A stretch of 64,000 nt of DNA, filler included, from Octopus bimaculoides (taxonomy: Eukaryota), in the NCBI RefSeq assembly GCF_001194135.2. It is 4 parts of 3 records of this genome, joined end to end, with 100 filler letters (N's around TTAATTAATTAA, not from the genome) between each part and the next. Parts side by side here need not be neighbours in the genome. Positions count along the whole stretch, not along the records: positions 25,750 to 47,986 come from NC_068983.1; positions 48,087 to 64,000 come from NC_069002.1; 2 more parts are not named here. One strand, 5' to 3'. Shown here one piece after another: positions 40,197 through 52,833 of this stretch. Each line of letters starts with the position of its first letter. The stretch's first letter is position 1. The notes below the pieces were generated by a model. It made no database searches. It had not been told where the DNA came from and saw only the letters and a list, made by a program, of their open reading frames with translations. The position numbers were made by a program, and so were the translations under genes.

Positions 40197-40854
40197 TTGG
40201 TTCGTAAAATAGACAAGAAGCAAAAAGTAAATAATAAGAAAAGACCGAGAATAATTAAATCAAATCCAATTAAAAAGAGCTCGGATATAAGATACTATTA
40301 TAACAAAAATAACAATATAACTGTAAGCCAAACTATCATGAAACAACAACATTAGAAATAAAGATAAAAAATAAAGAATACAATAATAATAATAATAATC
40401 AAAAGAAAATTTAAATAAAACATAAAAACGATGCCCCATGCATAAATAGCATTAACTTCTATAAAGATGAATTTAAAGATAATAGAGAATGGTTCATCAT
40501 ACCATTCGGGAAGCAAATGAACACTAATATCCCGAAATTATTTTATTCACCAGTTATAAATAAGAGTAGCCTTCTGTAAATCTAAGAACAATGTACAAAT
40601 AATTGCAGCACAAAACGCTAAAAGATTGAATAACTTCTTCGAAAACGAGAGTAGACATAATGTAAGAGAATTACCAAATAACAATACAAGTAGAATTAAT
40701 AGTGATATATTCTATAGGAAAACAAAATATGGAAAATAACTCATAGTAACCCTAGATAAGTATTTAAATCGGTAAACTTACTATCTAAAAAGATTAACAA
40801 TAGAATCAATAACGTTAACAATGTAAATAGCAACCTAAGGAATGAAAACAATAA

Positions 40855-41286
40855 TAAGAACACTCATAGAGTGCAAACCTCCGCCAAAGCAACACCAACG
40901 TCCTTTTCACGATTAGTTAGAGATGATTTTTTTAAACTGAGAATATCTTAAATAAACTCGACTGCTCTCACAAACGAGAATACTAAAAGTGTTAGTATGT
41001 ATGTATGATATATAATATCAAGAAGATAATCAGAGACAGACTTGAAAGTCAACGTAAGATCGTAATACTTCATGTAAATATAACAAATAAACCAGAATCC
41101 TTGTCCGGCACCGGATCGATCCCAAAATCTAACCAGTTCGTGCCAGCCACGATTCGAAACATCCTTGAAAGTTTCATCCGAATTCATCCAGAGGTTCTTG
41201 AGATATCTTGTCCACGGACAGACAAACAAACAAACAAACAAACACGACTGAAACAATACACCTGCTTTCGCTAAGGCGGAGGTAAT
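40855..41286 (+). mobile_element. Helentron-associated interspersed element (HINE/DINE-1-like non-autonomous rolling-circle element)
   Basis: Subterminal inverted repeats ACCTCCGCC (40877-40885) and GGCGGAGGT (41275-41283); 3' hairpin CCTGCTTTCGCTAAGGCGGAGG; internal (CAAA)n microsatellite. Confidence 0.75.
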
Positions 41287-41404
41287 AACATTAATAACAA
41301 CAAGCTGACCTGTGAAAAATTCACAGAAAACATTAAAATTGTAAGCATGTGTAAACGGTGTACTGGTGCCATGAGAAATGTTTGTACATTATGACCATCT
41401 GTCT

Positions 41405-41545
41405 TACGTTCTGAGTTCAAATTCTGTTGAGGTCGACTTTGCCTTTCGTTCTTTGGGGCTCCATAAATTAACTACCAGTTGTGTACTGGGGTCGATCTAA
41501 TCAACTGGTCCCAACCCCTACAAAAATTTCAAGCCTAGAAAAGTA
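41405..41545 (+). mobile_element. SINE family C fragment
   Basis: TTACGTTCTGAGTTCAAATTCTGTTGAGGTCGACTTTGCCTTTC...CTGGGGTCGATCTAATC. Confidence 0.82.
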
Positions 41546-41711
41546 TACTGACAGTTACAGAATATCGAAAGTAATGTAACACCAATGACTATATAATCCA
41601 GCCAAAATATCTCATTTACATAAACGTAAACGGAATTACTATTTAACCTTAAAATACATCGTACATATTCAAAGAACCTTCTTGGTTTAGTGGTACGGAA
41701 CGTTTTTCTGG

Positions 41712-41920
41712 TATTCTTTTACTTGTTTCAGTCATTTGACGGTGGCCATGCTAGAGCACCACCCTTTAGTCGAAGAAATTAACCCCTGGACTTATTCCCT
41801 GTAAGCCTGGTGCTTATTCTATCAGTCTCTTCTGTTGAACTAAATTACAGAGACGCAAACGCACCAACATCGGTGTGAAGCAATGGTGGTGGTGGGACAA
41901 ACACAGACACAAACACATAT
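41712..41920 (-). mobile_element. SINE family A 3' half, diverged
   Basis: TTTTACTTGTTTCAGTCATTTGACGGTGGCCATGCTAGAGCACC...GGGACAAACACAGACAC. Confidence 0.85.
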
Positions 41921-42135
41921 GATGGGCTTGGAGGTAGTGGTGATGCTGACTGGTGCGATTTTGTGGTTTACTGGTATGTCGAGAGAGATCCAGCGCACAA
42001 TCATATACATACAAACATACACATACATGCACACACATACACAAACATATACCTAGAGAGAGAGAGAGGGGGGCAGACAGACAGACAGACAGGCAGACAG
42101 ACAGTAAATGTTAGACGGTCCACAGCGAAGTTTTC

Positions 42136-42227
<92 letters not shown>

Positions 42228-42630
42228 TCCTACCTGTTGCTTTGCCACTGACTGGAATTGTTTTAGTTCTCTTTAAAAGTGAAATCGACATCCAATATTT
42301 GCTGTGATTAAGTATCTACTGATTTAAGTATCTACTGTCTCTCTCTCAGTCTCTCTTTCTCTTTCCCTTCCGTTGTGTCTCTCTTCTCTCCCGTTTATTA
42401 TTTAACAATGTGTATATGTATATGTCTCTACTTCTCTTGCGATGAACGCCGTCACCACTCACTGTCTCTATCACTCTCTCTTTCTCTCTTACTTCCTCTC
42501 TGTCCTCCTCTCTCTCTCTCACTTTGCCACTTCTTTGAAGTGTGACACGCACCACAAGTACGTTCAAAAACAAAAAGTTAGCGTATTAATATTATTGATA
42601 GTTATAATGAAAGTAATGCTAATGGTATTG

Positions 42631-42699
<69 letters not shown>

Positions 42700-42701
<2 letters not shown>

Positions 42702-42885
42702 TGAAAGGCTGTGGCATCTCAAGACAGTTACAATACCAGTGATAGTAGGTGCACTTGAAATGAACAAAAAAGGCACTGAAAATTATTTAAGAATGAACTC
42801 TGGCTTAGCATCCATGCAGGAAGTGCAAAAGATTGTCTTAATTGGTACGTCACACGTTGTGAGAAAACTATTGTCGCTGTGAATT
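42700..42885 (+). mobile_element. R4/Dong-like LINE 3' end directly after (TAA)n
   Basis: ERLWHLKTVTIPVIVGALEM...MQEVQKIVLIGTSHVVRKLLSL*. Confidence 0.82.
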
Positions 42886-43099
42886 TTCTTTCCTTTTCTC
42901 CCACTTTATTTTATTTGTTTATTTTTTTACTTTTTATTTTTCCTTTTTTCTCTCTGTTTTTCCCTTTTTATCTGTCACATGACTTTGTAAATGAACAATC
43001 TGGTGTGCGTATTTTAATGGCCTACCAATGCATACAGTACGTTTCTCTGCACTAGGTGTCAGGAAGACACTCGGCAAGAAGTGAAAACAGAATTGAAAG

Positions 43100-43262
43100 A
43101 TGTTGGTGTGTTTACGTGCCCGTAACTTAGCGGTTCGGGAAAAGAGACTGATATAATAAGCACTAGGCTTACAAAAGAATAAGTCCTGGGGTCGATTCGT
43201 TCGACTAAAGGCGGTGCTCCTATATGGTTGCCGTCAAATGACTGAAAGAAATGAAAGAATAT
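43100..43262 (+). mobile_element. SINE family A 3' half
   Basis: GTGTTTACGTGCCCGTAACTTAGCGGTTCGG...AATAAGTCCTGGGGTCGATTCGTTCGACTAAAGGCGGTGCTCC. Confidence 0.85.
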
Positions 43263-43384
43263 ATATGTATCAACATCATCATCATCTTCGCAGGTTGTCA
43301 TCAGCAGCAGCATCATGACCATCATTATCATCCTCATTACCATTACCACCATAATTCTGTAATTACAACTGTTATTACTGCTAC

Positions 43385-43562
43385 TAAGCAAAAATATAGA
43401 CAAATGACTGGAGGAGATTGGAATAGAATGCCCCGTAAAGCGCCGACAAAAGTTTGTCTTCTAGGGACAGCAAGGATTATCAGGGGGGTTTTAAGCACTT
43501 AAAAGACTGCTGAAAGCTTTTGGATACCTAAGGTTACAGGTAGTAACCCGCTACTCCCATAA
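43385..43562 (+). mobile_element. R4/Dong-like LINE 3' end with AATAATAATAA tail
   Basis: KVCLLGTARIIRGVLST*, then UTR; homologous to the end of the 48880-50345 copy. Confidence 0.78.
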
Positions 43563-44430
43563 ATTCTACCAGGAATAAGACCAAACCTGAGCCGAGCCAA
43601 AATAATAATAAAGAAATGGAACTCCATGGCTTATTCATGCAGCAAACCAGTAAATGTTTAAAGTGAAGCCCGCTGGCTTTGTTTGATGGACGGGAACTTG
43701 AAACGAGAAACAAAAACGTTAATTATAGCCACTCAGGAACAGGCCCTTAGAAGAAATCGGATGAAGGCAAAGATCGACAAAACTCAGTCAGGCAGCAAAT
43801 GTAGAATCTTCAGGAAGAGACGAGTGTATCAATCACATTTTGAGTGAGTGTAGTATACTAGCACAAATGGAATACATGTGCAGACATAACTGTATAGGCC
43901 AAAGAATGTATTGGGATGTTAGTTGAGTATGAGGCTTCAAAACAACAGAAAAGTGGTATGGACACGAACAGGAGGCCGTCGTAGATGAAAATTATGAAAT
44001 CTTATGGGACTTTGCCATAAGACTGATCATACTACTAAGGCAAAAAGACCAGGCAAGACTACAGAAGACAAAATAAACAAACAGTGCAAGATCGTAGATT
44101 TTGCAGTTAAGTATGATAGCAGAGTCGATACTAAAGCAATGGAAAAAAGCTGAGAAATACCAGGTTCTAGTCTGAGAGCTGAGGAAACTGTAGAAGACCA
44201 AGACAACAATTATTCCTGAAGTAAGTTGTGCTCTTGGCACAATTCCCGAAATACTGCTTAAAAGACTGAAAGAAATTGGAAATGAGACACGCATTGTCGA
44301 CCTGCTGAAGAGTACCATCCTATATTCTTCAAGAATCCAAAGAAAAATTCTTGAGATTTGAGAAGACTTGTTGTCACCAAACCTCAAACTAAAATACCTG
44401 CTAACTAAATTAGCACGCGCTAGCGAAAGA
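43563..44430 (+). mobile_element. R4/Dong-like LINE 3' region, followed by (GAA)n
   Basis: LKRETKTLIIATQEQALRRN...KCR...INHILSEC...YMCRHN...KWYGHEQEAVVDENYEILWDF; many disruptions. Confidence 0.85.
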
Positions 44431-45519
44431 AGAAGAAGAAGAAGAAGAAGAAGAAGAAGAAGAAGAAGAAGAAGAAGAAGAAGAAGAAGAAGAAGGTGGT
44501 GGTCGTCGTCGTCGTCGTCGTCGTCCTCGTCGTGGTGATGAGGATGATGATGATGATGATGATGATGATGGCGGTTACTTTTATTTGTCTCTGATAAGGG
44601 GAAATATAAAAACTGATTTAAAGCGTCGGTATGAAATGATTGAAAGGAAAAGTAAAATGTATACAGGGTGTCCGTCCACCTTTTACATCTACTCTCTTCT
44701 CGCTTCTTCTCGCATTTCTTCTTATTCGATCGTCCAGCTTTAGCATGTTATACCACGTGGGCAGATCCTGAGGACTATGTAAAAGCACTAGACGTGTTAT
44801 AAAATGTTGTTTGAGGTGTTTTCATCGCACGAAACTATTAGTAGCTGATTAAAATATATAGTGCTTAATATAATATAATATAATATAATATTATATTATA
44901 TTATATTATATATATATATATATATATATNNNNNNNNNNNNNNNNNNNNNNNNNNNNNNNNNNNNNNNNNNNNNNNNNNNNNNNNNNNNNNNNNNNNNNN
45001 NNNNNNNNNNNNNNNNNNNNNNNNNNNNNNNNNNNNNNNNNNNNNNNNNNNNNNNNNNNNNNNNNNNNNNNNNNNNNNNNNNNNNNNNNNNNNNNNNNNN
45101 NNNNNNNNNNNNNNNNNNNNNNNNNNNNNNNNNNNNNNNNNNNNNNNNNNNNNNNNNNNNNNNNNNNNNNNNNNNNNNNNNNNNNNNNNNNNNNNNNNNN
45201 NNNNNNNNNNNNNNNNNNNNNNNNNNNNNNNNNNNNNNNNNNNNNNNNNNNNNNNNNNNNNNNNNNNNNNNNNNNNNNNNNNNNNNNNNNNNNNNNNNNN
45301 NNNNNNNNNNNNNNNNNNNNNNNNNNNNNNNNNNNNNNNNNNNNNNNNNNNNNNNNNNNNNNNNNNNNNNNNNNNNNNNNNNNNNNNNNNNNNNNNNNNN
45401 NNNNNNNNNNNNNNNNNNNNNNNNATTTTGATAATATATATAGATAATAATAATATAGATAATACATATATATAATAATATAGTCTTGTGAATTATTTCC
45501 TCCATCCTAAAAATATATA

Positions 45520-45552
<33 letters not shown>

Positions 45553-45593
45553 ATGTATGTATGTATGTACACATACATATATATACATATATA

Positions 45594-45739
45594 CTTGTAT
45601 ATGGTGTGTTGTGGATTTATGGAAAGAAATCCCATAAAACTCAACAATTTTGATAGAAATGGAGAAGGGAAGTTGTTTATCAAAATTGTTGTGCTTTATG
45701 GGATTTCTTTCCATAAATTCACAACACACCATGTACAGG
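45594..45739. mobile_element. Foldback MITE, TA-flanked (Tc1/mariner-like)
   Basis: Arms 45591-45655 and 45678-45742 are near-perfect inverted repeats around a 22-nt spacer; TA on both sides. Confidence 0.75.
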
Positions 45740-45871
45740 TATTATTTTCATATTCGCCAGTAACCTACCAGCGAAATATGAAGAATCTATAGTAGAAATC
45801 TTTTTGGGGAAACGTCCAAATTAAAGGACAAATCTAATTCAACCCTTTTATACATACATACACACACATAC

Positions 45872-45943
<72 letters not shown>

Positions 45944-45974
45944 ATCTATCTACCTATATATATGTATACATATA

Positions 45975-46021
<47 letters not shown>

Positions 46022-46116
46022 NNNNNNNNNNTATATAATATACATATATATATATTCGTATATAAGCGTGTTTATGTCTATTATCTTTATATATACATAT
46101 ATGTGTGTGTGTATGC

Positions 46117-46157
<41 letters not shown>

Positions 46158-46726
46158 GTATAGATACTCAACATAACAGGGCAAAAATATGCACTCTTCG
46201 TGTGTTTATGTGATTCACTTCAGAGGAATGGACAGAAAGAACTAAGAAGGTGCAAAATAATCCGAAAACAACATCGCTTTTGTGCTTGCTTTCGTTTGTT
46301 AATGACTTGTTTTGTTTTGTATATTTGTCTGTTTATTGTTTGTCTTGTGTTTTTCTATCAGTTTGCTTAATAAGGAGAAACTAAGAGTAACAGAGAGAGG
46401 AAGAGACAGAGAGCGAGAGAGAAAGAAAGAGACAGAGAAAGAGACAGAAAATGAGAGATACAAAGGGAGAAAGACAGATATTGTATGAGAGTAAGAGTTG
46501 CTCTCTGCGATTCAGGGCTTTTCATGGTCGTATTACAATATATTCCAGTATACATATAGATGTTGTAATTATCATTCTTGTTGAGGATGTTGTTGTTGCA
46601 GTTATGACTGATATTCCACTCACATTCCTATACACACGCGCGCGCAAACATCACCAGCAGCCCTGGTATGAACATCATCACCATTTTCTTGATCCTCATG
46701 CCATATTACCACAGAGTTCATAAGCA

Positions 46727-46773
<47 letters not shown>

Positions 46774-47599
46774 TAAACCTAACTGACCGACGAACGGGAA
46801 CGAAAAACGCTGAGTAACAGTTTTTGTGATATTTTTGCTGCTTTTTAATAAAGCATATTAATCCCTATTTCGCCTTTTTCTTGCATTTCCNNNNNNNNNN
46901 NNNNNNNNNNNNNNNNNNNNNNNNNNNNNNNNNNNNNNNNNNNNNNNNNNNNNNNNNNNNNNNNNNNNNNNNNNNNNNNNNNNNNNNNNNNNNNNNNNNN
47001 NNNNNNNNNNNNNNNNNNNNNNNNNNNNNNNNNNNNNNNNNNNNNNNNNNNNNNNNNNNNNNNNNNNNNNNNNNNNNNNNNNNNNNNNNNNNNNNNNNNN
47101 NNNNNNNNNNNNNNNNNNNNNNNNNNNNNNNNNNNNNNNNNNNNNNNNNNNNNNNNNNNNNNNNNNNNNNNNNNNNNNNNNNNNNNNNNNNNNNNNNNNN
47201 NNNNNNNNNNNNNNNNNNNNNNNNNNNNNNNNNNNNNNNNNNNNNNNNNNNNNNNNNNNNNNNNNNNATAGATAGATAGACCTTTGAATTTTACCATTAA
47301 GCTGTAATTAACAGAACCATATACACGTGCACCTATGACGGTGGGCAACTTTGTATAGGGTTCTTAGGATTATGGTTACATTACAAATCAGGCTGAAGAG
47401 AAACAGACAGTCGGTAAGATTGTTAATTTTGAAACCGGTCCCTGTTTAATAATGATTTTTTTCGGTAATTTTAAATGTCTTGCCGCTTACGCTTTGGTAT
47501 TCCGCTAAATTTCGTTTTGAGAACAATTTAGGTCTTAATAGACACAAGACGTGATCTATTTCTAGCACATTGAATGTCCACGTTAGTGGTCAACGTTAT

Positions 47600-47654
<55 letters not shown>

Positions 47655-47914
47655 TGTACATGCCTAGATGATGTCTATGTTAAGTCGTCTAATATACTCC
47701 ATAAATTAACAGTAAGATACACGATATGGTTTTCAGTCTATCAATTTGTTTATCGCAAGCCACTACATATTTTGATATCAGACAGTTATATATCTCTAAC
47801 TAGTTCTCTCTCTTTTTCACTTTCACTTTCAGTCTCAAAAAGTCAAAAGTGTTTACTTAAATTAAGTAGATATAGGCTTGTATTTATACGCACACGCACA
47901 CACATGTATCTATC

Positions 47915-47952
<38 letters not shown>

Positions 47953-48117
47953 TGTGTATATATATGTATATATATGTATATATATANNNNNNNNNNNNNN
48001 NNNNNNNNNNNNNNNNNNNNNNNNNNNNNNTTAATTAATTAANNNNNNNNNNNNNNNNNNNNNNNNNNNNNNNNNNNNNNNNNNNNCTTTAATAATAATA
48101 AAAATAAAAAAATAAAA

Positions 48118-48183
<66 letters not shown>

Positions 48184-48214
48184 CACTTTGATGGCATACA
48201 CTGCTCTCTCACTC

Positions 48215-48255
<41 letters not shown>

Positions 48256-48565
48256 AAAGGAATTATTCAGCTATTATTAACATACGGTATTGGAACCCAC
48301 GTGACTTTGGCTCCATTAAACTTTTAAGTAGCAATCAAAAATGAATTAAGCTAATTAAATTGGATTTTTAAAACTATTGAAGGCAAAATAGAGTTCATGC
48401 TTAAGGTTACGAAAACGTTGCTATTGGATAGTTGTATTTTCATAATAAACATTGAGGATATATGTGTTGTTGTGTGAAATTTCGAGGAATTTTGACGGTT
48501 TATTTCGCCGTGCAAATATTTCAGGAACGGTATCTGTCTTTCTATGCTTCCCTAATTCGGATGAA

Positions 48566-48625
48566 GGAGCGTGGCCTAGTAGTTAGCGTATTCGGCTCTC
48601 GATTGTAGGATTGTGAGTTCGATTG
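48566..48625 (+). mobile_element. Decayed tRNA-like SINE head (other family)
   Basis: GGAGCGTGGCCTAGTAGTTAGCGTATTCGGCTCTCGATTGTAGGATTGTGAGTTCGATT has A- and B-box-like motifs but no complete cloverleaf. Confidence 0.45.
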
Positions 48626-48879
48626 GATCAGCTGGGACACCTGTTGTCGTAACTGATGGAATACCATTTCTTCCTAATTCAGATTCTTCACCAACCTCCT
48701 CGAATTACAAAAGAACCCCCTCAAAAAAAAAACGAGGGAAAAAACAGTTACCGCAATTTGTGATTCTCAGATTTAATTTAGTCCAAACGCAAAATCGAAT
48801 CACCAATGTTTTGTGTTCTTAAACAAGCTAGTTATTCCAGCTGACTCTGTCTACCAAACTATTTAGATGATATAACAAT

Positions 48880-50345
48880 AAGAAGGAGAAGAAGAAAATT
48901 AGCAGCAGCTGGAAAGTCATGTACATACTGTTCGCATTTTCCCAAATTATGTAAGAATGGAATTCGGGATTGAAAAATGCGTTATATCGATAATGAAACG
49001 GAGATTTGAAGGAAGCCAGGGAATTGAAATGCCAAATGGGTAAACAATGAAATCAGTTGAGAAAAGACAATGGTATAAGTAATTGAGAATACTGGAGGCA
49101 GATGGAATAGGTATGAGATGAAGCAAATTGCACGTACGGAGAATACAAGGAGAGTGGAGAAAATAATACACTTTTGAATTCAGAAGACGCTATTGAAGCA
49201 ATAAACGCAAGAGAAGTACTGGAAATCAGACAAGGAATTAGAATTGAAGATTGGACAAAAATCGACTTACAGAAACTTAACAAAAAAGTAGAAAACTATT
49301 GACTGTGTATGGAGCCCACCATCCGGAAACTGATATTAACTGGTTGTGCTTGAAGAGAGACCGGGGTTGAAGAGGCCTAATTGCTGTCAAAGGGTGTGAA
49401 CTGATGAAACGAAACAGCTTACTAGATTATTTATAGAACAGCGCAGAAAAGTTACTGAAGGTAGTGATTAAAGAACAGATGACCGAGTTTGGAATAGAAG
49501 AAAAGGACAAGAATGAAATTCCAAGAGAACATGTTAAAAGGATTGATGAGAAACTTTTGCATGGTCAGTTTTCAAAAGCCGTATGTGGAGCAAAATTCTG
49601 CGCTTGGTTGCAAAAAAAAGGCAATTAGGAAAAGGAGCAGAGAGCAGCTTAAGATCAGGCACTTCTAACAAACAACGTGAGAAAATATGTGCATGGGGAG
49701 GCGTCGTCAAATTGTTGAGTTTGTGGAATTTGGGATGAAATAGTGGCACACATTATTGCAGAATGCCCCCAAGTTGGCCCAGGGAGAATATAGGAAACGG
49801 AAGCATGACCAATTTGTGAAAGTTTTACACTGGAATCTTTGTAAGAAATGAGAGTTTGAAGCAGGAAGAACATAGCATAAGAGTACTTGAGTCAGAAACA
49901 TACAGGATTTTGTAGGATTTTCCAATTCAAAGGGATAAAAAGATAGAGCATAACAAACCAGATTTTACAAGGATAGATAAAGGAAATCGAATTTGCTTGC
50001 TGATTGATCCGCCATGTCCATTTGATTCCGTGATTATGAAGAAACCAGATGAAAAGTTGAAAACTACAACTCTTTAAAATTTGAGATTGCAAGGATTTGG
50101 AACATGAAATGTGCGAAGGTTGTACCTGTGATAAATGGAGCATTTGGGACTGTGAGTGATGACATGGACAAATAGATAAAGGAGATTGAAGAGGAATGTC
50201 CCGTAGATCTTCTACAGAAGGTTTGCCTTTTAGGAACTGGAAGGATTATCTGTAGGTTCTGTGAATTTGAAAAAATTATTGAAAGCTTGTCGATAGTTAA
50301 GGTTACATGTAGTAACTTGCTACACATACCCTGAGTTAATATCAA
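48880..50345 (+). mobile_element. R4/Dong-like LINE, RT C-terminal part to 3' end, decayed
   Basis: MEFGIEKC...GIEMPNG...CRQIVE...VAHIIAECP...NKPDF...LLIDPPCPFD...VVPVINGAFG...QKVCLLGTGRII; ends in (TAA)n. Confidence 0.88.
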
Positions 50346-50387
50346 TAATAATAATAATAATAACAATAATAATAATAATAATAATAA

Positions 50388-50670
50388 TGGCAGAAATTCA
50401 AAAGATAGTGCTCATGAGAACTGCCCATATCCTACGTAAAATGTTGTCTGTGTAATCTCAAATTTTAAAACAAACTTATGATTTTCTTATGCTTTCTTAA
50501 ACATTCTCTAGAACAATACTACGTGCAAAATCAATTATGTGACACCCCAGGCATAATACCAACATGAACTTCTAACTTGTTGTCTCTTAAGGTCTCTGGG
50601 TGAGACTTGGAGCCAAGTTGTATAAATACAAAGCAAAAGTCAAGCATATAATAATAATAATAATAATATC
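50388..50670 (+). mobile_element. R4/Dong-like 3' end with (TAA)n on both sides
   Basis: AEIQKIVLMRTAHILRKMLSV*, then 3' UTR and (AAT)n. Confidence 0.82.
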
Positions 50671-50755
50671 GACCCCGGAATTTGAACTCATAACGTAATA
50701 CGTTTAAACATCTTGCCCGGCGTGCTAACGGTTCTACCAGTTTCCTTGCTTTACC

Positions 50756-50803
<48 letters not shown>

Positions 50804-50804
50804 A

Positions 50805-51020
50805 ATCCTTTCTATTATAGGGACAAGGCTTGAAATTTGGTGGGGGAGGGAGATAGTTGATGATATCGACCCCAGTGTTTCACTGGTACTTATTTTATCG
50901 ACCCCTAAAGGATAAAAGGCAAAGTTGACCTCAGTGGAATTTGAACTCAGAACGTAAAGACAGACAAAATATCGCTAAGCATCTCGTCCAGCGCACTAAC
51001 GGTTCTGCCAGCTCGCCGCA
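50805..51020 (-). mobile_element. SINE family C, full-length (plus a partial copy at ~50668-50750)
   Basis: ATAATCCTTTCTATTATAGGGACAAGG...GGAATTTGAACTCAGAACG...GGTTCTGCCAGCTCGCCGC. Confidence 0.87.
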
Positions 51021-51039
51021 AACCAATAATGATGATGAC

Positions 51040-51083
<44 letters not shown>

Positions 51084-51341
51084 CGACGACGACGACGACG
51101 ACGACGATGATGATGATGATGATGATGATGATGACGATGATGATGATGATGGCTGATGATGATGATGATGTATGTGAGGAGGATTTCATTGACAACAAGA
51201 GTCCAAGACTTTGAGGACTACATCAGAAAACAAAATACAACACACAAATAACAATGTGGAACCGACGTCTGTAGCGGTGAGGCAGATTGATGGATGGATG
51301 ATGGCGGTGGATGACGGCGGCGACTGAGGAGAGAGGAGATG

Positions 51342-51411
<70 letters not shown>

Positions 51412-51677
51412 GGAACTAACCCAAATAGCGAACACATAGAACAGAAATAAACATTATTACAAACTATCTTTCTGTGAGTCATTATGTCTTCCAAAGTAAG
51501 ATGAACTTTTAACAAAACAAATGATTCGACAAACCCAAAAGCTAAATTTGATTTGAAAATGTAACGAAAAAACGACAACCAGTAAATTGTTTTTAGGTGA
51601 AAACGAGCAAAAAGAACTTGAAGACTGACAACATCTGGATGAATAGAGGCAACCATATGCATGCGCATGCGTGTGCA

Positions 51678-51783
<106 letters not shown>

Positions 51784-52833
51784 NNNNNNNNNNNNNNNNN
51801 NNNNNNNNNNNNNNNNNNNNNNNNNNNNNNNNNNNNNNNNNNNNNNNNNNNNNNNNNNNNNNNNNNNNNNNNNNNNNNNNNNNNNNNNNNNNNNNNNNNN
51901 NNNNNNNNNNNNNNNNNNNNNNNNNNNNNNNNNNNNNNNNNNNNNNNNNNNNNNNNNNNNNNNNNNNNNNNNNNNNNNNNNNNNNNNNNNNNNNNNNNNN
52001 NNNNNNNNNNNNNNNNNNNNNNNNNNNNNNNNNNNNNNNNNNNNNNNNNNNNNNNNNNNNNNNNNNNNNNNNNNNNNNNNNNNNNNNNNNNNNNNNNNNN
52101 NNNNNNNNNNNNNNNNNNNNNNNNNNNNNNNNNNNNNNNNNNNNNNNNNNNNNNNNNNNNNNNNNNNNNNNNNNNNNNNNNNNNNNNNNNNNNNNNNNNN
52201 NNNNNNNNNNNNNNNNNNNNNNNNNNNNNNNNNNNNNNNNNNNNNNNNNNNNNNNNNNNNNNNNNNNNNNNNNNNNNNNNNNNNNNNNNNNNNNNNNNNN
52301 NNNNNNNNNNNNNNNNNNNNNNNNNNNNNNNNNNNNNNNNNNNNNNNNNNNNNNNNNNNNNNNNNNNNNNNNNNNNNNNNNNNNNNNNNNNNNNNNNNNN
52401 NNNNNNNNNNNNNNNNNNNNNNNNNNNNNNNNNNNNNNNNNNNNNNNNNNNNNNNNNNNNNNNNNNNNNNNNNNNNNNNNNNNNNNNNNNNNNNNNNNNN
52501 NNNNNNNNNNNNNNNNNNNNNNNNNNNNNNNNNNNNNNNNNNNNNNNNNNNNNNNNNNNNNNNNNNNNNNNNNNNNNNNNNNNNNNNNNNNNNNNNNNNN
52601 NNNNNNNNNNNNNNNNNNNNNNNNNNNNNNNNNNNNNNNNNNNNNNNNNNNNNNNNNNNNNNNNNNNNNNNNNNNNNNNNNNNNNNNNNNNNNNNNNNNN
52701 NNNNNNNNNNNNNNNNNNTATATATATATATATATATATATATGGGAGAATTTACGAAAAAAGCAACAGATGAACACAGGTGGTGTAAACAACAAATGGA
52801 TGTATTAGTTTAACGCTCGGGAATAGAGAAAGT

